Assembly: GCF_006345805.1 (NCBI RefSeq)
Contig: NC_043003.1
Span: 114,266,001 to 114,330,000, forward strand
From: Octopus sinensis
Lineage: Eukaryota
Direction: 5' to 3'
Length of the DNA: 64,000 bases
In this document: positions 1-11,035 of the stretch, piece by piece
Layout of the letters: each line of letters opens with the position of its first letter
Position numbering within the stretch: the stretch's first letter is position 1
The notes under the pieces: generated by a model
The model's input: only the letters and a program-made list of their open reading frames with translations
What the model was told of the DNA's origin: nothing
Database searches by the model: none
Made by a program: the position numbers and the translations under genes

Positions 1-857
1 TTCGGTCTGTCAAGGGTTTTCCTTCTAGTCTCTCTTCTATGTGATTGCTCTACAGCCACTACTTCGGAAATTCAAGGTGTTGAGTGGCATCCCGAGCGAA
101 CTGGGACGTGGGAGGACCGCGTCGACATACACGGACGGCGTTAGGCACATAGACCTCAAAACGAGTACAAGAAGGTAACAGAAGCAAAAATTAACCAAAA
201 GTAAGTGGGCCTGCAACTCGGCACCTACAGAGACAGGTCCATGCCCCCCAACAGCATCGTGGGAAGATGGTCGGAAGGACCGGTTAAAGGACCAGATCTC
301 CCGGTGGAGAAGAACTGGAACCGTCTCACCGTCGTGCCCTGTCCTATTTCGAATGTTACCAAACTGGAGCGCCTACTGTCTGTAGAAGAGATGCATTCCA
401 CCAGTCAGACACTCCGTTTGCTGTCAACGCCCGCCAAATGGAAGGATGGGCATGTCGTGGATATTGATGTGCAGATATGCGTTGAGGTTGTGGCCTCTCC
501 GGCGCTTCGTAGACGGTGAGCAGGTGTGGTCGCCGTTTGTGATTTCTCACAGCTTTAACCGTTGTCTGAGCTGCAGTCCTGGATCAAGCGTAGACCGAGA
601 CAGGGCGCCTGGAACATAGAGCGTCGTCAGGCGCTCACAACCCTCTGACAGTCGGACAGTGATACCGAAGGCCACTGCCTGTTCGGAATAAATTCTATAG
701 GTACGGAATTGCAGTCCGCTGGGCTTGCTCGAGCTGCGCGCAGAGAGACGAAACCATCTTGCATGCTCTCGCTCGGAGCTGAGTATTTTGGACTTGTGGG
801 TTAATGTGGTACACCTGCCGTCACATGTAGGACGGATCCGGCTATCAGCTGAGTCCA
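1..857 (+). mobile_element. L1-clade (Tx1-like) non-LTR retrotransposon fragment, copy A (decayed, internally deleted)
   Basis: Peptides ALQPLLRKF...STYTDG and GLQLGTYRDRSMPPNSIVGRWSEGPVK parallel those of copy B. Nucleotides 826-857 (taggacggatccggctatcagctgagtccat) match 2256-2285. The copy stops at an (ATT)n tract and continues past the left window edge. Confidence 0.8.
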
Positions 858-882
858 TTATTATTATTATCATTATTATTAT

Positions 883-2821
883 AGAAGCTGGCGCGGGTGG
901 GGCTTTGATCAATTTAGATCAGTCTAAAGCCTTCGATGGGGTCGATCATCGATACCTGGCAGCTGTTCTCCGGGCAGCCGGTTTCGGTCCGGTCTTCCGC
1001 GGGTGGATCGCTGCTTTGTAAAGCGGCATCTGCTAGGTCATACAGATGAATGGTCACCCTCTCGAGCCGTTCGACATTTCGCGCTCGGTCCGCCATGGAT
1101 GCCCTCTCTCCTCCCTCCTCTACGTATTGACTCTCGAGCCATTACTACGGAAGTTGGAGGCTTTGAAGGGTGTCCCGCGCAATCTGGGATGTGGAAAGAG
1201 TATGTCTACCTATGCTGACGAAATCACCGTGATGGTGTCGAGTCACAGGCACATCCACCTGATCGGCGAGACGCTAAGCGGGTACGAAGCGGTGACAGGT
1301 GCGAAAATTAACGCGAAAAAGTCGGTGGGCTTGCAACTGGGCACCTGGAGGGGCAACTCCATGCCGTCCAACAGCGTCATAGGGCGCTGGACAGACGGAC
1401 CCGTTAAACTGCTCGGGATCTGGTTTGGTCCGGACCTCCAGTTGGAGAAAGACTGGGACGAAGTGGCGAGCAGGGTGGCCAATCTCATCCAGAAACAGAC
1501 CGAGAGAAAGCTGAAAGGTCGAGCGGTGGTGGCGAATGCGTACATCGCATCCGTCATCTACTACCGATTGACGGTCGTCTCTTGTCCCGACCGCTGGTTG
1601 GCCAAACTGGTGCGCTTGCTCTTCGACTTTCTGTGGAAGGGTCAGGTACCACTGGTCAGGCGCTCCATCTGCTGTCAAGAGCCGCTGAACGGAGGCCTTG
1701 GCATGCCGTGGTTGCTGATGCAGACATGCGCTCAGGCTACAGCATCTCAAGCGTTTCCTGGACGGTGAACAGGTGTGGTCGCCATTCGTCAGACACGACC
1801 TTCTGCAGCTCGCCTCTATGACAGGGCTTCAATCTTGGATCAAACGGAGACTGAGGAAGGGCGCTTGGCACCTCGAGTGCCGTCAAGCTCTCACCGCCCT
1901 CCACCAAGCGGGCAATGCGATCGGTAGTAGTTCCACTCTAGCGTTCTATAGAGGGTTGGTGGAGGGAAAGTGCGACGACGTTCTCGGGGAAACACTAGGC
2001 GTCGACGATAATCAGCTAAACAGTCTGTTGGAAGAACTTTCGGGCCGGGGCCCATGGATAACTTCCAAAGGACCCTCGCCTGGTAGTGCTACCGAGGGGC
2101 GCTGCCCGTTCAAGATAAACTCTACCGGCACGAAAGTGCCGTCAGCGGGGCCTGCCCGAGGTGCGCTCAGGATGACGTAACCATTCTGCACGCACTCGTC
2201 CAGTGCCCGAGTATAGTTGACCTGTGGGTTTATGTCGAACAGCTACTATCACGTATAGGACGGATCCGGTAATCAGCTGAATCCATAGTGACGATCGCAC
2301 CGCCGACCTCCTTTAACCGGGAGTCAATTTTCCTTTGTGTAGTGGCTGTAGCGAAAGAGGTGCTATGGTGGACCGGATTGAAAGGGCTAAAATCAGGCAC
2401 TATCCTCGTTAGCCAAAGCCTCATCAACTTTTTCAAGGTCCACTTGAAAAGGAACATGAGAATAGAGGTGGGGTTAGTGCTGTCTCGTAGCAAATTTATT
2501 GAAAGGTGAGTGAATGTCGGTAACATGACCAGTATGAACGGACCAATTCTGAGGTTTCACCTGTAAAAAAAAAAGGTAATGTAAAAGGAGAAGGGGCTCT
2601 CTACCCCTTTTTGACCTTGCATCCGTGGCTTTTATGGGTTTTTCCACGAGTAACATTTCAAAGCGCCTCCCCCTATTGGGAGTTTTATTTGATATATTTT
2701 TGCTGTTATTCTAATGTTTACACGGACTTTTCTTTTTCGCAAAACCCTTTGTACTCTTCGTCCTGTGTTTGTCCTTATAAGTTTTTTATTTATGTCAACC
2801 CTTGTGGCCAATAAAACCAGA

Positions 2822-2867
<46 letters not shown>
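883..2867 (+). mobile_element. L1-clade (Tx1-like) LINE, 5'-truncated, frameshifted, copy B with 3' UTR and (TTA)n tail
   Basis: RT motifs LINLDQSKAFDGVDH, SVRHGCPLSSLLY and STYADE (catalytic YADD changed to YADE), then GGLGMP. C-terminal CCHC CPRCAQDDVTILHALVQC at ~2153-2210. AATAAA at 2810-2815 is followed by (TTA)n at 2824-2867. Confidence 0.9.
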
Positions 2868-3010
2868 GCTATATGTTTGACTTTTGCTTTGTATTTGTAC
2901 CTGTTGGCTCCAAGTCTTATCCCGAGCCCTCAAGAGAAAACAAGTTGGAAGCTCATGTTGGTATTATGCCTAAGCTGCCATATATTTTGGTTTTGTACAT
3001 AGTATTGTTC
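2868..3010 (-). mobile_element. Probable extreme 3' end of an RLE-type LINE
   Basis: Non-repetitive 140-bp block between AAT tracts, in the same orientation and with the same (TAA)n tail style as the two neighbouring RLE 3' ends. There is no diagnostic motif. Confidence 0.3.
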
Positions 3011-3099
3011 TAGAGAATGTTTAAGAATTATTATTATTATTTTTTTTTATTTTTTTTAATTATTATTATTGTTATTATTATTTTATCATCATCATTATA

Positions 3100-3370
3100 T
3101 GAAATCTCTAAGCTTATTTTCAAGGGTATGATGGAAAGTTTTAGCTGTCCAAAGCCAGCAGACTAAGGTAACACTTGTTTACTGGTCATGCTTCAAGAAC
3201 CGTGTGAAGAATTCTTGCAGTTCCAAGAAATGCTTATTTTTTTTGTAGGTTTTCTAGCTTCACACTAGAACCAATCTTTTTTTAGACATGGTGGGAGTTG
3301 AGCGGTGATGCTTCCAAGTGCACCAATGACTAGTGGTATCAAATCTACGCACATTATAAACTATGATACT
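3100..3370 (-). mobile_element. R4/Dong-like (RLE) LINE 3' end
   Basis: The minus strand translates VDLIPLVIGALGSIT...KIGSSVKLENLQK..FLGTARILHTVLEA*, the typical C-terminus after the restriction-like endonuclease. Confidence 0.7.
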
Positions 3371-3444
3371 TGGTTATTAATTATTACGGAAGACATTCAA
3401 CATCCAGGTACCAGTCTCAAAATCCTACATGTTACCAATTATTG

Positions 3445-3828
3445 TTATTATTATTATCAATACTATTGAAGACGTCGTACATTATCCAATATTGTGATGT
3501 CTATTGGAGATATTGTGTGTACGAGAGAATTATACTTTCTGCCAAGTCGCAACAAAGACCTCAGACACAAAGTACATTACACAGTATGCGTGCAGTTCCA
3601 ACAAAATCCGATTTTTCACAATATACCAAGATTGTAAGGTATTTCTAAAGATGTTTCTTCAGGCTGGCTAGTATTCAATCCAATGCTCCGATGACAACAG
3701 GAACAGCCTTTATGCCCGACTCTCGTAGCCGCCACATCCTTGTGATTTCAATACTCAGTTCTCCTTATCTGTCAACCTTCTATCTTTCTTTCATGATAAT
3801 ATGCTGATCTCCTAGCACTACCACGTCA

Positions 3829-3864
<36 letters not shown>

Positions 3865-3979
3865 TAATAATAATAATAATATAATAATAATAATAATGAT
3901 AATAATTAGGCACTCTTACTTGTCCTTCCTAAATGCTATTATATCTGGCCTTCGGTGCTCTAACACCTTGACTATCTGG

Positions 3980-3985
<6 letters not shown>
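3445..3985 (-). mobile_element. R4/Dong-like (RLE) LINE 3' end, interrupted by an (AAT)n expansion
   Basis: Minus strand reads VLEHRRPDIIAFRKDK*ECLII [AAT tract 3830-3905] ITDVVVLGDQHIIMKER*KVDR*GELSIEITRMW...AVPVVIGALD. This is the HxRPD / D / EK.KY / PVVIGALG RLE signature, with a (TAA)n tail at ~3445-3460. Confidence 0.8.
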
Positions 3986-4030
<45 letters not shown>

Positions 4031-4067
4031 TATTATGATTATTATTATTATTATTATTATTATTATG

Positions 4068-4162
<95 letters not shown>

Positions 4163-4170
4163 ATTATTAT

Positions 4171-4562
4171 AGACTCAAGTGTGGCTGGGTGGTAAGTAGC
4201 TTGCTTACCAACCACATGGTTCTGGGTTCGGTCCCACTGCCTGGCACCTTGGGCAAGTGTTTCTACTATAGCCTCGGTCCTACCAAAGCCTTGTGAGTGG
4301 ATTTGGTAGATGGAAACTGAAAGAAGCCCGTCGTTTATATATATATATTTGTGTGAGTGTGTGTGTTTGTGTTTGTCCCCCTACTATCACTTGACAAACA
4401 ATGGTGGTGTCTTTACATACTTGTAAGTTAGCGGTTCGGCAAATGAGACCGATAGAATAAGTACTAGGCTTACAAAGAATAAGTATTGGGGTGTATTTGT
4501 TCAACTAATTGTAGTGCTCAAGCATGGCCGCAGTCAAATGAGCGAATCAAATAAAAGAAAAG
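4171..4562 (+). mobile_element. tRNA-derived SINE, family A, full length
   Basis: Head gtggctgggtggtaagtagc...gggttcggtccc (A/B-box-like), body ccttgggcaagtgt and tail aaacaagtaaaag-like. At least 7 copies occur in the window. Confidence 0.85.
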
Positions 4563-4568
4563 AATTTT

Positions 4569-4666
<98 letters not shown>

Positions 4667-5451
4667 CAATCATCATCATCATCATCATCATTATTGTCGT
4701 CGTCGTTGTATTTCTGCCAGGATACTGAATCGGGAGAATATATTAACAGGCAGAGTATATGCCAAACACGATCTATCTGACGGTTCTTTGTCTTTTTTTC
4801 CAACTGCAACCGTTTTTGACCATGACTTTTATCGCTCAATATTAATACAATTCCTATCAGTGGAACCATTGGTACGATTTAATTAAATGTTCTTTGCTCT
4901 TAAATTTGTGGCATTGTGTCAATGCTAGATATTATTAATTTTAATTTTCTAATTTAGCGAGTAGTAATTTTAAAATTTAATAAGGTTATGATATTTTCAT
5001 TTGCAAAAATTAATAACTTAGGCATTTCCTCCAGGCATTATGGAGAAATTCCTCAAGATTTAATCTCGCGCCAAAGAAATAAATTAACTAGCGATATTAG
5101 GAATCTATCGGATATAACATTAGAACCATTCGCAGCCCAAAGATATAAAGCAACGCTCACTTAAATGGCAGAGATTTATTACAGTTTATTATAATACACT
5201 TTTCCACAAAATTACACTGCATTTCGTTGCGTGTTGTATTGAAAAGGGAGGAAGCATCCTACAAGAGAATTTCAGTAAAACAAACTGAATTTTTCTACAT
5301 CATACAACAATACAAAGAAGCAAAAAAAAAATCACTGATTAAGGATTTAGTCTAAAGATTGGCAACAATTATTTTAAATGTAGTCTTTGAATCTGCGACA
5401 AAGAGTCTGGCTTCAGTTCCATTGTGTCTTCTATTGTAACAACTTCGGACC

Positions 5452-5730
5452 GACCAAAGCCTTCTGAGTGGACTTGGAAGATGGGAACTGAAAGAAGTCT
5501 GTCGTTTATGTGTGTGTGTGTGCGTGCGTGACTTCGTGTCTATGTTAGTACCTCATCGCCGCTTGACAGCCGGTATCGGTATGTTTACGTCCCCGTCACC
5601 GAGCGGTTCAACAAAGGACGCCAGTAGATCAAGTACCAGGCTTTTACAAAATAAGTCCTGGTGTCAATTCATTCAACTAAAACAAGGCGGTGCCCCAGCA
5701 TACCTTATGACCGAAACGAGTAAAAGAGAG
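5452..5730 (+). mobile_element. SINE family A, 5'-truncated
   Basis: Aligns by eye to the body and tail of 4171-4562 (gaccaaagcc...gaaactgaaagaag...ataagtcctgg...gtgccccagcat). Confidence 0.75.
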
Positions 5731-6963
5731 TAGTTAGAATATTAAGATAGCGAAATACAATTAATTTGATTTCTTCATCTAAAGGAATGAGTGTATTGTG
5801 TATATCTGACTTTGAATTTGCTCTTCGTTAACCTAATATATTTCTTTGTAATCTCAGCATACGCAATCATTATTAAATGGCAACTCTCTCATCACTAACG
5901 AATAAATGAACCGTAATACTTTCCTAAAACGCATTTTAATCGGCTCACGTGATGGTTGAAATGAAAGTTTACCTTAGCAGGATACGAACTCTGAAGCTAA
6001 AGGGATATATCTAAGCATTGTAAGGTATTTTATCCAGCGTTTTATCGATTCTGCAGGTTGAATGAAGAATATAAATGTAAATTCTTGTACCATGGGCAAA
6101 ATATAAATTATGGGTGAAATGATAATGGTGAGCCACAATGACACAATTAGATTCTGAATTTGTGTATTTTATCAATATCGGGAATGGTGCAGTACAAAGC
6201 CATTTGCTGTATGATTTGAAATGTAAAACAAATGAATGGGAAAACATTAAAACGTCTTATACTAGAGTAAGGAGAATGGAATAATGATTAAATTTACCCC
6301 AGGATAATACTGGTGTTTTCCTACTCGAAATGGAAATTAAAAAAATATAAAGTGAACTACGGTTAGATTTGAACTCTTATAGTATAAACCATTATCAGAT
6401 AACAAAAAATCATATATATTTTGTACGAAGCACCACCGAGGCCGCAGTTTGGCTGCTCTCTCATATAACGAAATACATTAGATTAAATGTAAATATTATT
6501 TACATTTGATACAGATATAAACAGATTAGGAATACATTTTTATAATGCATCACTTGAATCAGTTGTTTAAGAAGTAGAGAAACTAGTCGAGTGACGTGAA
6601 AACAACGCAGCTTTTATGTTCATTATATAATTAAGTGTTTAGTTTATTTTTATCTTTGTACAAATCAGAACATCTTGAGATCAAACACCTTCCACTTGCA
6701 CCCTCTTTGTTTATATCTGTTCTGCGATGAAGTTTCATTGGTAACATCAAAATGATTAGCAATATTTATGTTGGCAACGCAGGGAATTGGCACAGTCTTT
6801 GGAGCTTCTAAGGAAATGCCAGTCAGTGTTTGTTGTGGTTTTCTTGTACTCTTAGGTGAACTTGGCTAATTATTCTTTTGAGGTCGATTATGTACCAGTC
6901 ACGTACTGCGTCACTGTGTCTTTCTACCTCCTCTCTGTATGTCTGTCTCTCTCTCGCTTTCTA

Positions 6964-6998
<35 letters not shown>

Positions 6999-7658
6999 TA
7001 CACACTTGGATGCTGGTGGAAATAAATTTTGTGTTCTCTCGGAAAATTTCCTGATATGCAGTGACATTTATTGAGAAAGACACCAGGGGTAGATCGTCGA
7101 TCTGATGGTACAAGGAGGGGCATTGTGTATAAAGACAAGAAATGCTGCCTTCTACGTAACCAACCACAATCTACGTAACTCTTTACGCTTCCAGGATCAA
7201 TATAACACGGTGCCAGCGTAAGTTCCGGTAAAAGTTTCCACGAGTGTACTCCGATCAGTCTGTGACATTGAATCAATCATTGTTTCTAAAAGTTTCATAA
7301 AGAGGACAAAAGTGTTTCTGAGGAAGGACAGAGTACTATCCTCTTGGAGAGTTGTTGGTATTTTCACAAGTGGTCCCTAATATAGTGTTTCCTAGCTACT
7401 CCCTTGGAAATCATACATTCCCTCGGAGTACTTCATCCTCAGTGTGTTGTATATTTCTTTGTCTGCTTTCTTTTTAATTAAGAGTTTAAGTTAGTACGTT
7501 ACGTGCATGTGTTGTATATATTCTCTGTATTCTTTATTGTGTCTAGTTTACATGTATACATGAACATGCACACATGCACATAAATTTATCCTATTATGGC
7601 GTGTGTATCAGTGCGTAGCTTGGGTTAGTTGTTTCTTAGACATCCTGACGACAGTATT

Positions 7659-7710
<52 letters not shown>

Positions 7711-8149
7711 CTCTCTCTTTCTATCTCTGAGAATCTAAAATTAGTTGTCTTATTTTTCTTAACAGCCATAAGAATATTCTTTTACGTTTATGTTAATATC
7801 TACCTTAGCAATAACAAGCAACTGATATTGAAGATCTGGAGTTTGAGCGTTATTATGCAATCATCTACGCAACATATAGCATACGAGAATCGAGAGTGAA
7901 ACACGTGTAAATGTTATATTCGTTATTATGTACTACTAAAATTCATTCTACTTTCCTATGTGCATACACACACGCATATGTATGCTTACATATACACATG
8001 GTTTTTTTAACGGCTAAGAATCTAATTTCACTTCATAATTGTAACTGAATTGTAAGTATGTATTTGATTTATCCTTATGTCATATTGTTATTTTTGATAT
8101 TTGGTTAATTACGATGTATTGTATTAATGTTGTTTTCATAGGAGTTGTT

Positions 8150-9620
8150 TATGTATATGAGATTGGTTGTGAGTTTTTAATTGTATAATTAATTTAGTTA
8201 TCTGTATCAGTGTGGGTGTGTAAATATGTTGTATATATCGAGTTTAGTGAGTATGTATATGTGTATGTGAGGGAGCATATGTATCTGTTGTGTGTGTGTG
8301 TTTTGCGTGTGTGTGGTTGTGTGTGAATGTGTATTTGGGTTTTTTTAGGATTTGGGATGTATGTGTTTATTTGTCTGTGTGGTGGAGGGAGTGGATTTTG
8401 GTGTATATTGAGGTTTATAAGTCAGTATAGGTTTTGTTATAAGTCTTGGGTCTGTGGTTTACGTGTGTGTATTTGTGTGTGAATGTGTATTGGGTTTGTT
8501 ATTTAGGATTTGGGATGTATGTGTTAATTTGTCTGTGTGGGGAGGGAGTGGATTTTGGTGTATATTGAGGTTTATAAGTCAGTATAGGTTTGTGTATAAG
8601 TCTTGGGTCTGTGGTTTACGTGTGTGTATTGTGTGTGAATGTTTTGGTTAGGGGGATTGCTATATAAGTTTGTTATAGGGTTTAGCAAAGGGAGATTTGA
8701 TCGTTAATATGCTTTTATGAGTTTGGTTTATCATGGTTTTTTTAGGTAATCGTGGTATTTTGTCTATTTTAGGTGTTGGTTATTTTTTTACATTGTTCAT
8801 TCATCATTTTTGAGTGGTGTTCGTTTTGCCACGTGAATACCGGGTGGTGGACTAGCGTTGCTTGGAATTGTGATGGAATAGTGTAGTAGTGAGGTAGGCA
8901 TAGAGAATGGGTTGGGTTACTGCAAGTTGTTTTGTTAGAGCTGCTAAGGTGAGTTAAAGCTCATAAATGTATATCATGTTTTTTTGTGGGTGTAATATTG
9001 TGTATATGTCGAGTTTAGTGAGATGTATAGGCGTATATGTAGAGTATATGTATCTTTTGTGTGTGAGTGTTTTGCGTGTGAGTGTGTGTTTGTGTGTGAT
9101 GTGTATATGGGTTTGTTATTTAGGTTTTATGTATGGTTATTTGTCTGTGTGGGGATGGAGTGGGTTTGGGTTTATTGAGGTTTATAAGTTGTATAGGTAT
9201 GTGTCTAAGTCGTGAGTCTGTGGTTTACGTGTGTTATTTGTGTGTGAATGTTTAGTTAGGGGGATTACTTTTAGGTTTTGATAGAGTTTAGCAAAGGGAG
9301 ATTTTATCGTTATTGTTTTAAGAGTTTTGTTTATCATGGTTTTTTTAGGAATCGTGGAATTTGCTATATTTTCGATATGGTTAGATATAGGTTATATATG
9401 GATTATATACTTTAATTTTTTCATTATACTTAATTATTTAAAATTATTTATTTTTTTTTTAATATTTAAAATTTTGATTTTTAGATTGGAAGTCCACCTA
9501 AGATGTCGATCAAGACAAAAACGATTGTAGTGGCGGTTTTTTTTGACTATTTATTAAAATTTTTATGTATTGATTAAGTCTTTCCTTGTTTGTTTTGCAA
9601 ATAGTGTTTGTCTCTACTAA
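8150..9620. repeat. Unclassified interspersed repeat, strongly G/T-rich and C-poor on +, with internal duplications
   Basis: A 156-bp tandem pair (gaatgt at 8325, 8481, 8637) and a larger repeat (8190-8780 vs 8985-9370). Nucleotides 9555-9620 match 49750-49820. Confidence 0.65.
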
Positions 9621-10888
9621 TTTTTATATATATATATATATATATATGTAGGTAATTGTGTATGCACTTATGTATGTAGATGGCTGGATGGATGGATGAC
9701 TGGATGCCCGTATTCAATGCGCTAAATTTCCCAACTACAGCCACCAATATTCGTGCTCCTGCTTCTGCCACCACGACTCAGCAACCATAAGGAGGAAACG
9801 TAACACCAACTCATTGTGATTTTTGCAAGCATAACAAGTGAACTTGTAGAACTGAATCCGTGAAAGATAAACTGATAATATTATTATTATTTCAGTTTAT
9901 ATTTCCTTATATTTCATCATGACTAAATCGTATTAAGTGATTGAAACCTGTAGCATATCCAATAAAGCTGTGAATATTTTCTTGCTTTTATTCACGATAT
10001 TCAAAGCATTTCTTACTTTTATATATCTATTACCGATTATTCAGGATCAAAATGAAAACAAGGCAGAATAATACACAGATTTTTTTTTTCAAATGTCATT
10101 TATTGGGAACATTTCATAAATAAATACAAATAAAATATTCCAGTGATTTGTGTGTATCTCTTCGAGTGGAACGACTTTTGTCTCAATACGGGTGGGTTGT
10201 TGTACTAATAATGGATGTCGTGAAGATGTTTTTGCAAATGAATTTCTTGTTACTATGGTTGTTTTGGTGGTGATGTGGGGTTCGTGTTGATATTGTTTTT
10301 GATACGACCAAAAATTGGTCCATGAGATCTCGATATAATTATTATTGAGATGCTGAAGTTTAGATTGCTGTAGGCTAGAAACTCTGTTTTTAATATTTTT
10401 ATTTCCCAACCAGGGCTGGTTGAGAAAAACCTTTGGAGGAAGCTGACCAAGCCATGACTGTTTAGTCTTTACTTTTCGTCCTACATAATATAACGAAAAC
10501 TGAATGCGTTACCTAATGCGGTATTTCTGTTTTATGTGATGCAGGTAACTTGATTTGTGATTGGTCATATTGTTTTCAGGCGCAGATGATTTCTAATCGA
10601 TCAAATTTATGCCCCAAGCCATTTCACCTAAGGTATCGAGGGAGACATTATATAATGTGTCATTTTCAAAGCGGTTATTGTGATTAGTAGGGCATTTGGC
10701 TGGGATTTCAAGCAGACCGAGGTTTTAATTGGGCGTTGGGGAGGGGCTCATGCTGGTTTTGATGGGACGGATGATGTTATTGCCCTGTTCGTAGCAAATT
10801 TTAACGCAAGCGCATTAACAGTGGGCTTGGCATTATTAACAGAATTAACTCAAATAATGGTTATGCTTCAAGTCATCGTCATCATCGT

Positions 10889-11035
10889 ATTCTTCTTCTT
10901 CTTCTTCTTCTTCTTCTTCTTCTTCTTCTTCTTCTTCTTCTTCTTCTTCTTCTTCTTCTTCTTCTTCTTCTTCTTCTTCTTCTTCTTCTTCTTCTTCTTC
11001 TTCTTCTTCTTCTTTCTTTCTTTCTTTCTTTCTTT
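10889..11035. repeat. (TTC)n microsatellite
   Basis: Direct reading. Confidence 0.95.
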
